NCBI GenBank assembly: GCA_014905635.1
Contig: JABVCE010000010.1
Coordinates: 62,001 to 126,000, forward strand
Direction of reading: 5' to 3'
DNA from: Scenedesmus sp. PABB004
Lineage: Eukaryota
DNA: 64,000 nucleotides
Made by a program: the position numbers and the translations under genes
The notes under the pieces: model-generated
Told to the model about the DNA's origin: nothing
Databases searched by the model: none
Seen by the model: the letters and a program-made list of their open reading frames with translations, nothing else
Part shown: piece after piece, positions 1 to 12,698 of the stretch
Numbering within the stretch: the stretch's first letter is position 1
Layout of the letters: every line of letters starts with the position of its first letter

Positions 1-3000
1 TCACAGGTCCATTGAGCGCGCGAGCGCGCAGAGCGCGCGGCCCCGCCGCACGGGCGGGCGCGGGCTGCCGGTGCGGTCAGCGCTCGCCGGCCGCCGGCTG
101 CACACCTGGGCGCGCGCGCCCGCGACCCCCTGCTGCACCGCCGCTGCGCCGGCCGCCTGGCCCCAGTGCGAGAGGCTCATCGAGAGCGGGCCGTGGCCGT
201 GCGGGCTGCGCGCCCCGGAGCCGGGCAGCGCGGGCGGCGACGCGCAGGGGGCGAGCAGCCGCTCCGCGCTCGCGACCGAGCTCGCGACGCTCGCCGCGCT
301 CGCCATGGCGTGCAGGCCGTCGCCGTGCCCGGGCGTCGCGCCGGGCTCATGCGCCGCGCCCGCACCCGCTGCCGCCGCGGCCGCCGCGACCTCGGCGACG
401 CGCGGGCCGGGAAGCACGCCCGGCAGCGCCGCCAGCAGCTGCGCCAGCTGCGCGCCCGCCGCGGGGCAGCTCGCGCTGGCGGCGGCGAGGCGCTGCACCA
501 GCTTGAGCACGATCGCCAGCAGCGTGCCCTCGGGCAGCGCCGCCAGCTTGTGCAGCACGCGCACCACGAGCTCTGGGCTCGTGCCCAGAGAGCGGGCCAG
601 CATGCCGCTCACCGTCGTGGCCGCGGACGCCGCTGCCGCCTCGCCGCGTGGGCGGCCCGCCGGCGGCGCGCCCGGGCACGCGGGGGGCCGGTGCCGCTGC
701 CGCGGCCGCGCAGCCGCGGCAGGCTCCTCCTCCATCTCCAGCGGTGCCGCCATGCTGGGCTGCCGGTCGGCGATGGCTGGGCGCGTGACCGAGGCCTCCG
801 CGTCGAGCCGGAAGCCTGACGTGGGCGACAGACCGCGTGGCCCCGGCGGCGCAGCGGCGGCCGCAAACGCGCTTGCCGCCGCCGACGCCGCCGCCGTGCG
901 CGCCACGGGGCTGCGCGGGCTGCCCAGCGCCGACGCCGCAGCGGCGGCCGCGAGCGTGATGCGGCAGCCCGCGCCGCCGCCGCCGCGCCCCTGCGGCGCG
1001 GGCGCAGCGGGGATGCGGCTGCCCTGCCTGCTCCCAGCGCGCGCGGCGGGCGGCGCGCCGGGCACGCGGCTCAAGCCGGCGGCGGGCGCAGGCCTGGGGC
1101 GCGGCGCCTGCCGCAGCGCGGCGGCCCCGCCGTCCTTGGCCGCAACGACGGCGCTGACCGCCGACGCCAGCGCGGTGGCGGCGGCCGCGGCCGTCGACAC
1201 CGCCCGGTTGAGGCTGGCGACTGCGTCTGGCGGCGCGGGGGGCGCGTCTGCAGGCTTGGGTGGCCCGGCACGCCTGACGCCAGCCGGCCTGGCGCTCGCC
1301 GACGCCGCAGGTGCAGGCCGCGCGGCGCCGGCGCCGGGGGCGGCGGCGGCGGGGGGCTGGCCCTGCCGCGCGCCCGAGCCGCGGGCGGCTGCCGGTCGGG
1401 GCAGGGCGCCTGCGCCTCGCCGCCGCCGGGCTGCGGGCGGCTGCTGCGCGCCAGGCGCTCGCCGTAGCTGCCCGTCGCCGCGGCTTTGTCCGCCGCCGCG
1501 CGGCTGGGCGGCGAGGGCAGCCCCGCAAAGCGCTGGTGCTTGAACCGCGCGGCGTAGCCCGCCGCGCCCAGCTGCGCGCGCGCCGCAGCGGCCGCACCAA
1601 GCGCGGCGCTGCCGCAGCTCGACTGCGCAGACAGGCCGCCCTCGGGCGCCGGCGCGGGGTGCGGCGCCTCGGGCGCCGCCTCGGGCGCCGCCTCGGGCGC
1701 CGCCTCGGGCGCCGCCTCGGGCTGCTGCACCGCGCCGCCGCCCGCTGGCCGCTCCGCGGGCTCGGCGGCCTCGGCGGCGCCGGCCCCGCTGGCGCTGTCG
1801 ACGGGCCGCCTCCCGCCCGCCGTGCTGCTGCGCTTGCTGGCGCCGGGGCTGGCCAGCTTGACCGCGCCCGGGCGCCGCCGGCGGCTGCCGCCGACCTTCT
1901 GGCTCGCCAGCAGGTGCAGGATCTCCTGCCGCGCCGCCTCGACGTCGCCCCAGCCTTGCCCCGCGCCGGCGGCGCCGCGGCGCGCCGCGGCGCGGCCGTC
2001 GCCGTCGCCGCACGCCGGCGCGGGCTCGGCGGCCGCGCCCGGGAGCTGCTCCGGCTCCTGCGCCGCGCCGGGCTCAGCCGCTGGCGGTTCGCGCAGCGCA
2101 GACAGGCCGGGTACCAGGCTGGCGCTGCCAGGCTGCTGGCTCGGCGCCGTGCCGGCGCCGTCGTCGGGGCCCGCCAGCATCGCCGCCAGCACCGCCGCCG
2201 CGTGCGCCGCGTCAGCCGCCAGCTCGCCTGCGCCGGGCTGCAGCGCCGGCGCGCCGCCGCCGGTGCTGCCGCGGGGCAGGTTGAACGCCGGGTTGCTGAC
2301 CATGCAGGGCAGCGCCGCGCCGCCCGGCGCCCCGGCGCCCGCCTCGCCCCCGCCGGGCGCGCGCTCCGCGGCGCCGCCCTCCTCCTGGATCGTCTCGCCC
2401 TGCAGCGGCAGCGCCGAGCTGAGGCGCGGCAGCCGCGCGGGCTGCCAGCACGCGCCGGCGGCGCTCGCGGGCCGGCCTGGCCGTCCGCCGCCCGCGCCGC
2501 CTGCGCCGCCGCGCCGCGCGGGCCTGCCTCGTCGCGCGCGCGCGCGCCGCCGGCGGGCGGCGGCGGGGCGAGGCCCATGACCGTGCCCGCCGTCTGCGCC
2601 GCCAGCAGCAGCAGGTTGCCGCTCGCCGAGCGCGCGAGGCCCTGCTGCGCGCCGGGCAACTCCAGGCCGGTCGACGCGAGCACCAGCCCCGCGTCCGACT
2701 GCGACGCGGCGCCCGCGTCGTCGTCGCAGGCGCTGCCGGCCTGGGAGCGGCGGCGGCCGCCCAGGAAGAGCCCGGGGCCCTGCTCCAGCGTGATCAGGGC
2801 CGCGACGGGCGCCTGGCAGCCCGGCGCCGCGGGGCGCGCAGGCGGGTGCGCCGCACGCGCGCCGCTGCCCATCCTGGCGGGGATGCGTGCGAGGCGCTCC
2901 AGCGCCGCAGCCGCGGCGGCGGCGGCGACGGCCTCGCCGGCGGGCCTGGGCGCGCCCGCGCTGCTGGCGTGCGGGCTGCGGATGAGCCTTGCCGCCTGCG

Positions 3001-5845
3001 CAATCTCGAGCAGCCGCGTGTAGCGCGCGCTGCGCTGCGGGCCGCCGCCCGCGCCACCGCTGCCAGCCACGGGCGCGCGCGCGGCCGCGGACGGCGACGG
3101 CGCCGCCGCGGGCGCCGCCGCCGCAGCGCCGCGCGCCAGCGGGCTTGCGGCGCCGCCCCGCCCGCCCACGCCGGCCGCGCCCAGCCTGGGTGGGCTGGTC
3201 GCGACGGCGACGCAGCCAGGCCGCGGGCTGTCGCCGGCGCGGCCGTCCCCGCTCGTGGCGTCCAGGGCCGCCACCATGCGCGCGGCCAGCCCCAGCAGGT
3301 CGGCGCCGCTGGCGCCGGCGGCCGCGCCCGCCGCGGGCCGCTGCGCCTTGGCGGGCGAGGCGCCGAGCTGCGGCCTGCGCGCGCTCGTGGGCGTGCCGCC
3401 CCCCGCCCGTCGCGGCGTCGCGGTCGCCGCGGCGGGCGGCGTCGTGCGCTGCACGGGCGCATGCTGCGGCCTCACTGGGCCCGCATGCCTGGCCGCCACG
3501 CTCCCGCTGCCGCCGCTGCTGCCGCCGGGCTCCCGGGCGGCGCCAGGGGTGCAGGCTGGGCCGGCAGGCCGCCACGCGCGCGCCTGCTTCTTGGCGCTGT
3601 CGCCGAGCTTGGCGGCTGCGTCGGCCGCGGCTGCACAGTCCCTGGCCCGGGGCTGCGCGTAGTGGGGCACCCGCCTGTCAAGGCTGCCGCTGCCCGCGGC
3701 GCCCCGCGGCGGCGCTGCCGCTCCCGCGGCTGCGCTCCCGGACGCGCCCTGGGCGGGCAGGTCGTGCCGCACGGACGGCGGCGAGGCGGCGCGCGGCGTG
3801 AAGAGCGCCTGCGAGCCCGCCCACGCGACGTGCTGCGCTTCCGCCACGCGGCGCGCCCGCCAGCGTGCCGCGGCGCCCGGCGACGGCGGCAACGGCTGCG
3901 CCGGCGGCGCCGGCGGCGCCGCGTGCGCCTCGTCGCCGTAGGGTGAGGCCGGCCGCGGGAAGAGCTCGGTGGGCGACACGCCGCGCGGCAGCAGCGCGGC
4001 CTTGGGCGGCGCGCACGACCAGGCGCGCTGCTGCTCCGCCACGATGCGCGCGGCGGTGATGGAGGCAAAGACCTCGTCCAGCGTGCCCGCCGTCTCCACG
4101 CCCGCCGCAAAGCTGGCGCGCCGGCCGCGCTGCTGCTCGGCGGCGGCGGGGGCCGCGTGCTCCAGCGCGTCCGCGTGGTGCGCCTTGAGCCGCCAGCCGT
4201 CGGCGGCCCCGTCGTCGCCGCCGCGCGGGCTGCCGGCCGCCCCCTGCTCCTGCACCTTGGCCCCAGCAAAGGGCTTGGCGCCGGCCGCGCCGGAGCTGGC
4301 AGCCAGGCCCGCAGCTGCCTGGCGCTCCGTGCACGCTGCGATCCCGAGGCAGGCGACGGCAGCGACGCGCCTCTCACCTCCCGGGCTGGCCTCGCGGCCC
4401 GCCGCCGCCAGCGACGCCAGCTTGTCGCCGCCGCGCCCCGCCGAGATGGCCGCCAGCAGCGCCTCGGTGTCGGGCGACAGCACGCGCCCGCCGCCGCCCG
4501 GCTCGCCCTCGTCGTCCGCCGGCGCCTGCGGCGCGCTGGCCGCCTGCTGCAGCGCCCTCAGCTGCCGCTGCTTGGCCGCCAGCTGCGCCTGCACCTGCGC
4601 CGCGTACGCGTCCAGCATGGCCTGCAGCTCAGCCCCGTCCACGCCGCGAGCGGCGCCGCCGCCCGCGGCAGCGGCCTCGCCGGCGCCGCCGGGCGCGCAC
4701 GCCTGGGTGCACGCGTCTGCCACGTGCGGCACGCTGGCCGCTGCCGGCGGTGCGTGGCCCGCCCCGCCGTGGCTGCCCTGGCCCGAGCGCAGTGTCGTGA
4801 GCGCGCCGCTGAGCAGCCTCTTCAGGCCGCCGTGCTTGCCGCCGCCGCCGGTGAGCGGCGCGTCCGTGCTGCTGCTGCTGGCGCGCCGCGACGAGCGCTG
4901 GCTGCTCCCCTGCTCCTGGGGCGACTGCGCAGTGCCGCCGCCACTGCCCCAGCTCCTCGGCCGGCTGCTGCTCTGCTTGAGGCGCTGCAGCAGGCTGCCG
5001 TGCTTGCCCGCCTGGCTGCCGCCGCCGCTGGCGCCACGGCTGCCGCCCGCCGGCGTCGCGCCCGCACCGGGGCCTGGCTGGCCCGCGCCGCAGAGCGCCT
5101 CGCCAAACGAGGCCTCCGCGACAAGGCAGCGACCCTGCAGCTGCGGCTGGCTGGGCTCCGAGCTGGGCGACTGGCCCCAGAGAGGCAGCGCCACGGCCTG
5201 TGCTCCCGCACCGGGCGGCGGTGTGGGCACGGCAAAGCGCAGCTCGCCATCGGTGTATGGACTCGCGTCGCGGCTGCCGCCCTGCTGCTGCTCCTGCTGC
5301 TGCTCCTGCTGCTGCTCCTGCTGCTGGGTCTGATGCCGCTGCTGCTGCTGCTGCTGCTGCTGCCTCATTTCTTGCAGGCGTGCTAGCTCATGCTGCAGTG
5401 CTGCCCATCGCTCGCTGCGGGCCGTGGCGGCGCAGGCAGGGGCAGCCAGCGTCAGCGGCGGCGGGCGGGGCGGGATTGGCAGCGCCCCCCCCCCCTCCCA
5501 CAAAAAAGGTTACTCACTCGTCAGCCGCCCGTCCCACAGCCTGGCCGTCGCTGCGTCGCTGTGGGGAGGCCGGCCGCAGCGGCGCCCGCCCCCGCGGGCT
5601 CGGGCCGGGCGAGAACAGGCCGCGCCACGAGGTCGTCCTGCGGCGTGCGGCAGTGCGGAGGGGCTAAGCTGCAGGCAGAGCGCTCTGTACACGCTGCTGT
5701 GGCCGCGTCCTGCGAGCGCCTGGGCTACCGCAGCCCGCGCGGCCTCAGAGGGCAGCAGGGGCTGGCACGTGCTGGCCGCGGCCTGCGCAGCTCCAGCAAG
5801 CTCACATGAGACGTTTCACGGGTCTATAGGACTGCCTGAAGGCAT
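1..5845 (-). CDS. Large low-complexity Ala/Pro/Gly/Ser-rich hypothetical protein (spliced; 3' end uncertain, may run off the window)
   Basis: Manual model: ATG 5845 (MPSGSPIDP), exon ~5637-5519 (TTSWRGLFSPG..., ends at a GTGAGT donor), then a long exon from ~5414 (ERWAALQHELARLQEMRQQQ...). The protein-like frame switches near 2470 and 1355 at short C/G runs. No recognisable domain. Confidence 0.55.
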
Positions 5846-6066
5846 CGTGGAGCTCCTGCCGCGCGCTGTCGCGAGGCCGTCCGCGCGCGAATGGCAGGCG
5901 CGCCTGCGCCCCCTGGCGCGTCTGTGCCACCGCGGCGACTGTGCCAGCTGCTTCCTAAGCGTAGAAGACGTCTGGACGAAGCACGCGCAGGCGCTGCGGT
6001 GGCTCCGGCGAGGGCGCGTCGTTTTTTTGGCGCGTTTCAGCCTCCCGCGCTCCTGCGGGAGGAGAC

Positions 6067-7250
6067 GGCGCACCACGTCGACATGCCCGTGCACCGCCGC
6101 GACGTGCAGCGCGGTGTTGCCGCTCGCGGCCAGGCGCGGCGTCGTGCTCGCCCCCGCGTCCAGCAGCGCCGCCGCGAGCGCCGCCCAGCCGTTGCGCACG
6201 GCAAAGAGCAGCGGGCACCAGCCGGCCGGCTCCGCCGCGTTCAGCGCCAGCTCCAGCGACCGCCGCTCCGCGCCGCCGGCGGCGCGCTCCGCCGCGGCGC
6301 GCAGCTGCGCGGCGTGCGCCTCCGCCGCGGCCAGGTCGCCCGCCCGGCAGGCCGCCAGCAGTGTGGCGCCGTGGGCCCTGCCGGGGCTGAGCGCCTTGCC
6401 CGGCGACGCCGGCAGCGGCGACGGCGGCATCGCGGCGCCGGCGGCAGCGCCTCCTCCTGCCCGCCGCTGCCCGGGCTGCGCGCGCCGGCGCGACCTGCGA
6501 CGCGCCGCGCACGCCGAGGGGCAGCTCCCGCAGGCTGCACGGCACGCAGCCGGCGCGCAGCCCGAGCTACCAGACTGGCGGGCGAGGTGGTCCCGGGTGA
6601 GCGCGGCGGGCGTGCAGCACGCGGGACGCTGCCCCGATGCGGCTTGCGGTGTGTCGCGCGACAGCTCGGCGCCAGCTGGGGCCTCCCCTGCGGACAGGCC
6701 CGACCAGGCTCCGGCGGCGTCGTGCGGCGCCGAACCGCCGCAGCCGCCCCGCTGTGCACGACAGCCTCGCCAGCCTCGCGCGCAGGCGTCGACGGCAGCA
6801 GCAGCAGCAGCAGTGGCCCAGCCCGCGGCGCGGCGCGTTCCCCGGCGAGCTGCCGCCCCACGCCACCCACTCACCACCGCCGCCCAGCGGCGGCCGCGTG
6901 CGCCGCGTGCGCCGCGTGCGCAGCCGCCACCGCCGCCGCGCCAGGGCGGTTGCGGCGCCCCACCGCGCCCCAGCGCTCGCCGCCGCGTCATCACGCCCGC
7001 CAGCAAGCGCTCCGTTGCCTGGGCGGAGAGCGCGGCGCCCAGCGCGCTCTCCCCGCAGCAGAGCCCACGTGGTTTGATGTCACTAGGGCTTTGCTGCTGC
7101 TGCGGCCGGCCGCTCGCGGCCGGCGCCGCGCCGCCGCCCGCCCCCGCCCACCTCGCCCCTCCCCGCACCCGCAGCCGGGTCGCAGCGCCGCCGCGGAGCT
7201 CGCAGCCATGCAGGTCGCCTTCAAGCGCGCGTGCGCGGCCAAGGCCGGCG
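6067..7250 (-). repeat. Inverted repeat 1, left copy (1184 bp): ankyrin 5' coding fragment, shared promoter region and first 14 codons of GS2
   Basis: Reverse complement of 9779-10962 (coordinates sum to 17029 at both ends and at the ATGs). Only about 4 substitutions seen. Confidence 0.95.
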
Positions 7251-9152
7251 CCCGCGCCCCCGCCAGGGTGCGTGGGGGACGCTGGGGAGCAATCCTGCGC
7301 GCCCGTCCGGGCGCCGGCTGTGGCTGCGGGGCCTGCGGCCGGCGCAGCCTCCGCCCGCGCACGGCGCTCGGCGCGGCTTGGGGGCGCGCCCAGGGGTGTC
7401 ATTGGTCGGGGCGGCCGGCCCGGGCCCGGCGGAGCCGGCGTGCGCGCCCCCAGGGCGGCCGCGGCGCCATCCGCCTGATCGGCGCCGCGATGGGCCGGCC
7501 CCTCCGGCCGCACGGCGGCCCCGGCGCGCGCGGCGGCGCGGCGGCGCGCCCCTGGCCGCTCGGGCAGGTTCCGGGGCAGCCTCCGCGACCCCGCCTGCCC
7601 AGCGCTGAGCCGCGCGCGCCCTGCTGCTTGCCTGCAGGCCGGCCGCCGCCTGGCGGTGCGCGTGAACGCCGTCGGCCAGAAGCTGGAGTACCTCTGGTGC
7701 GCCGGGCTGGCCCGCGCCGGCTCCCCACTGCACAGCCGGCCGGCCGCGCGGCTGGGCGCGGTTCTGGCGCGAGACGACTCCGCCGCCAACAACGCCGCCG
7801 CCGCCGCGCAGGTTTGATGGCGGCGAGGGCACGGAGGCCAAGGTGCGCGGCGCGTCGCCCGCGCGCGCATGGCCCCCGCCCGCTGCGGCGCGCGCCCCGC
7901 CGCGCGCCCCGCCGCGCGCCGCGCGCCGCGCGCCGCCCCCGCGCACGCCCGCCCGTCCCGCCCGCCGCCCTGTTGCTGTGGCGCTGCTGCTCAGGGCATG
8001 CTGTTCAACGAGATGCGCTCCAAGACCAAGTGCCTGATGCAGCCCATCGAGAGCCTCAACCCCGCCGACTTCCCCGACTGGAGCTACGACGGCTCCTCCA
8101 CCGGCCAGGCGTCCGGCAACAACTCGGACTGCATCATCAAGTGCGACGCCCCGCGCGCTGCGCCGCCGCGCGCCGCGCCGCCGCGCGCCGCGCCTCCCCG
8201 CCCCGCGCGCCGCCGCCGGCGGCCGCGGCGGCCCCGCTCACGCCCCGCGCGCCGCCCGCGCCGCGCCGCGCGTGCCCGCCAGGCCCGTGCGCGTCGTGCC
8301 CGACCCCATCCGCGGCGCGCCGCACCTGCTGATCATGTGCGAGGTGCTCTCCCCCAACGGCGAGCCGCACCCCACCAACACGCGCGCCGGCCTGGCCGCG
8401 CTCATCAACGACAAGGTCATCAAGGAGGCGCCGCTCTTTGGCTTTGAGCAGGAGTACACGATGCTTAACCGCGGCACCGGCACCGTGCTGGGCTGGCCCG
8501 AGGGCGGCTTCCCCGCGCCCCAGGGCCCCTTCTACTGCGGCGTGGGCGCAAACAGCGTGTTTGGCCGCCCGCTCGCGGAGGCCCACATGGAGGCCTGCCT
8601 CGCCGCCGGCCTGACCATCAGCGGCATCAACGCCGAGGTGGGTGCGGGTGTGGGTGTGTGGGTGTGCGTTTGGCACGGCTCGGCGGCAAGAGGCGGCAGC
8701 CGCGACAGCAGGCGCAGCAGCACGCGCAGCAGCAGGCGCAGCAGCAGGCGCAGCAGCAGGCGCGCGGCACGCGCCCGACGCGCGCCGGCCGCGCCGCGCC
8801 CGCGCGCCGCAGGTCATGCCCGGTCAGTGGGAGTTCCAGATCGGCCCCGTGGGCCCGCTGGAGCTCGGCGACGAGGTCATGATCGCGCGCTGGCTGCTGC
8901 ACCGGCTGGGCGAGGACTACGGCATCACCTCCACCTTTGACCCCAAGCCCGTCAAGGGCGACTGGAACGGCACCGGCGCGCACACCAACTACTCGACCGA
9001 GAGCATGCGCAACCCCGGCGGCATGGAGGTGACCCGCCTTGCCCGCCGCACCCGCCGCGCAGGGCGCGCCCGCGCGCCCGCGCGCGCAGCAGCCGGGGCG
9101 GCGCGCGGGCGGCCCGCGGCGCGCGCGAGGGAGACCGCGCGCCGACGCGCCC

Positions 9153-9186
<34 letters not shown>

Positions 9187-9482
9187 GCGCGCGCTCTGCC
9201 CTGCCCTGCCAGGCGATCATGGCTGCGATTGAGAAGCTGAGCAAGACGCACGCGGAGCACATCAGCCAGTACGGCACGGGCAACGAGCAGCGCCTGACGG
9301 GCAAGCACGAGACGTGCGACATCAACACCTTCCGCTTTGGCGTCGCCGACCGCGGCAGCTCCATCCGCATCCCGCTGCCCGTGCAGCTCAAGGGCTACGG
9401 CTACCTCGAGGACCGCCGCCCCGCGGCCAACGTCGACCCCTACACCGTCGCCCGCCTGCTCATCAAGACCACGCTCCTGTGA
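7208..9482 (+). CDS. GLN2: Glutamine synthetase, chloroplast GS2 / GSII-B type (spliced)
   Basis: Exons join to [62 protein letters not shown]...[11 protein letters not shown]...FGFEQEY...[17 protein letters not shown]...[13 protein letters not shown]...RLTGKHET...[12 protein letters not shown]...[15 protein letters not shown]. Transit-peptide-like N-terminus. Confidence 0.95.
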
Positions 9483-9683
9483 GTGCACGACGGCCCGGCG
9501 CAGAGGGGGAGTGCGTGACGCGCGGGGGAGCTCTCCCTCTCTCCCCCGCCACGTGTGACGGCAGCGGCGGCGCGCGCGCCGCGAGAGGGCGGGCGGCGGC
9601 CGGATTTGCCCGAAACATGGCGGCGGCGCCCGCGGACGCAGCAGCAGCTGCGCACGCGGCTGCTGCGGCCGCCTCGGGGCTGG

Positions 9684-9688
9684 TGTAA
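9684..9688 (+). terminator. TGTAA polyadenylation signal of GS2
   Basis: Chlorophyte poly(A) motif ~200 nt after the GS2 stop; rare in this GC-rich context. Confidence 0.65.
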
Positions 9689-9778
9689 CAAGCTCGCTTG
9701 GCCTGCCGCGGGCGCGGCCAGGCTGACGAGGCGGGGCGCAGCCGGCGGCGCCGTCCGCGGCAGCGCACCGCGGCTCGT

Positions 9779-10962
9779 CGCCGGCCTTGGCCGCGCACGC
9801 GCGCTTGAAGGCGACCTGCATGGCTGCGAGCTCCGCGGCGGCGCTGCGACCCGGCTGCGGGTGCGGGGAGGGGCGAGGTGGGCGGGGGCGGGCGGCGGCG
9901 CGGCGCCGGCCGCGAGCGGCCGGCCGCAGCAGCAGCAAAGCCCTAGTGACATCAAACCACGTGGGCTCTGCTGCGGGGAGAGCGCGCTGGGCGCCGCGCT
10001 CTCCGCCCAGGCGACGGAGCGCTTGCTGGCGGGCGTGATGACGCGGCGGCGAGCGCTGGGGCGCGGTGGGGCGCCGCAACCGCCCTGGCGCGGCGGCGGT
10101 GGCGGCTGCGCACGCGGCGCACGCGGCGCACGCGGCCGCCGCTGGGCGGCGGTGGTGAGTGGGTGGCGTGGGGCGGCAGCTCGCCGGGGAACGCGCCGCG
10201 CCGCGGGCTGGGCCACTGCTGCTGCTGCTGCTGCCGTCGACGCCTGCGCGCGAGGCTGGCGAGGCTGTCGTGCACAGCGGGGCGGCTGCGGCGGTTCGGC
10301 GCCGCACGACGCCGCCGGAGCCTGGTCGGGCCTGTCCGCAGGGGAGGCCCCAGCTGGCGCCGAGCTGTCGCGCGACACACCGCAAGCCGCATCGGGGCAG
10401 CGTCCCGCGTGCTGCACGCCCGCCGCGCTCACCCGGGACCACCTCGCCCGCCAGTCTGGTAGCTCGGGCTGCGCGCCGGCTGCGTGCCGTGCAGCCTGCG
10501 GGAGCTGCCCCTCGGCGTGCGCGGCGCGTCGCAGGTCGCGCCGGCGCGCGCAGCCCGGGCAGCGGCGGGCAGGAGGAGGCGCTGCCGCCGGCGCCGCGAT
10601 GCCGCCGTCGCCGCTGCCGGCGTCGCCGGGCAAGGCGCTCAGCCCCGGCAGGGCCCACGGCGCCACGCTGCTGGCGGCTTGCCGGGCGGGCGACCTGGCC
10701 GCGGCGGAGGCGCACGCCGCGCAGCTGCGCGCCGCGGCGGAGCGCGCCGCCGGCGGCGCGGAGCGGCGGTCGCTGGAGCTGGCGCTGAACGCGGCGGAGC
10801 CGGCCGGCTGGTGCCCGCTGCTCTTTGCCGTGCGCAACGGCTGGGCGGCGCTCGCGGCGGCGCTGCTGGACGCGGGGGCGAGCACGACGCCGCGCCTGGC
10901 CGCGAGCGGCAACACCGCGCTGCACGTCGCGGCGGTGCACGGGCACGTCGACGTGGTGCGCC
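9779..10962 (+). repeat. Inverted repeat 1, right copy (1184 bp)
   Basis: Reverse complement of 6067-7250. Carries the start of the full-length ankyrin gene on + and a truncated GS2 start (ATG 9821) on -. Confidence 0.95.
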
Positions 10963-12698
10963 ACCTCCTGGCGGCGCAGCAGCAGGAGCGCGCGCAGCGC
11001 AGCAGCCCGCTGAGCAGCCCGTGCGGCAAGGCGGGGGCGGCAGCCCGCCGCTGTCGCCCAAGCCGGCGCCCGGCGTCGACGCGCGCAACACCAACGGCGA
11101 CACGCCCCTCATGTTTGCCTGCAGCGCCGGTCACATCGGCGTTGCGGCGCTGCTGCTCAACGTGAGCCGCAGCCGGCTGCGCGCACGCCACAGTCGCCCC
11201 GGTGCACGCGCGCCACCGCCACCGCCGCTCCGCAGGCGGGCGCCGCGCCCGGCGCGTCCAACGCCGTCGGCATCACGCCGCTGCTGGCGGCGGCGGGGCA
11301 CGGCCACGAGCCCTGCCTGCAGCTGCTCGCGCGCCACGCGGGGCCCGCCTGGCAGCAGCTGCTCGGCGCCAAGGACAGCCACGCGCGCACGCCGCTGCAC
11401 TTTGCTGCTGCGTCGGGTGCGCGCCCCAGCGCTGCGGTGGCAGGTGCGCGCTGGCCGGCACGCGGTGTCTGACGCGCGCGTGCCGCCGCCGCCGGCCGCA
11501 GGGCACGCAAGCGTGGTGGCACTGCTGCTGGGCCCTCCTGACGGCGCGAGTGCGCTCGACGTGTTTGCTGTGAGCGCCGCCGGCCGCACCGCGCTGCAGG
11601 AGGCGGAGCAGTCGGGGCACTGCGACTGCGCCCGGTGCGGCTGGCTGCGCGCACGCGGGCCGGGGCACCCCTCGGCTGCCCAGCACCACCTGGACTGCTG
11701 CGCTCACGCTCGCGCCGCTGTCCGCCGCCAGGCTCATAGAGGCCCGCATGGCAGCGGCTGCCGCGGCGGCAGAGGCGGCGGCCGCGCGCCTGCTGCGGGA
11801 CGAGGAGGCCGCCGCGGCGGCGGCGCCGGTGCCTGCGCGCAGCTCCGCCGCCGGCAGCGCCGCCAGGAAGCCTGGCCGCCGTCCGGCGGGGCTCGCCGTC
11901 CCCGATGCTGGCGCCGCGGCGGCGGCTGCAGCCCCGGCGCCGGCGGCACACGCGGCGGCGCAGGAGGATGCCGCGCCCGGCAGCGCGTCGCCGCCGCCGG
12001 GCAAGGCCGTGCCGCGCCCCCCGTCGCCCAGCAAGATCCCGGCGGCGCCGCTGTCGCCGGGCGCTGCGGCGCGCGGCGCCGGCGCGGCGGGCGACGCGGC
12101 GGGCGGCGACGGCTGGACGACCGTGGTCGCAGCCAAGCGCAAGGCCTCGGCCAAGTCCCCAGGGGCTGCAGCAGAGACGGCAGCGGCCAAGCTGCAGCCC
12201 GCCGCCGCCGCAGCAGGGGCGCGGCCAGCGGCTGCGGGTGCGGCGGCCGGCGCGGCTGCGGCGCCGCCGCAGCCGCCGGCGCCGGCCGGGCCGCAGCCGC
12301 TCAGCTACAGCCGCGCGCTGCAGCTGCAGGAGCAGCAGGAGCAGCGGGGGCAGCCGCCGCCGCCCGACCGCGCCGCGTCGCCCGCGCCGGCGGCGCAGGG
12401 CGCGGACGCGCCGGCGTGGTGGGACGACGCGCTCGCGGCCGTCTCGCCCGCCGCGGCGGCGCTGGACCTCCGCCCCGAGCACATGCTGGGCCTCGGACTG
12501 GGCGAGCTCAGCGCCGGCCAGCTGGACGCGCTCGAGCTGCTCCAGCGCACGGTCCTCGCGCAGCTGGCCGACGCGCGGCTCGCGCTCGCCGACGCGCAGC
12601 ACGCCGAGGCGCAGGCCGAGGCCGCGGCGCTGCGCAGCGAGATCGCGGGCCTCGCGGGCCTCGCGCCGGCGGGGCCGGGGGCGAGCGAGAGGGGCTGA
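10599..12698 (+). CDS. Ankyrin-repeat protein with low-complexity middle and C-terminal coiled coil (spliced)
   Basis: Ankyrin motifs GWCPLLFAVRNG, GNTALHVAAVHGHVDVV, GDTPLMFACSAGHIGVAALLL, GRTALQEAEQSGH. Apparent 1-nt frameshift in the G-run at ~11033-11037. Confidence 0.85.

Noticed and set aside
7208..9482. Bacterial-like GS as a recent horizontal transfer
   Set aside because: It matches the known green-algal GLN2/GSII-B type, has a transit peptide and six introns, and matches host composition.
8952..9821. 290-codon antisense ORF beginning at the duplicated GS2 ATG
   Set aside because: Beyond codon 14 it is antisense UTR, exon and intron sequence with no protein-like features. Any effect is more plausible at the RNA level.
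6067..10962. Inverted repeats as terminal repeats of a composite or Pack-type transposon carrying GS2 (likewise 23508-29964)
   Set aside because: The IRs are host promoter/exon sequence continuous with the flanking genes. No target-site duplication or transposase seen, and the two IR pairs are unrelated.
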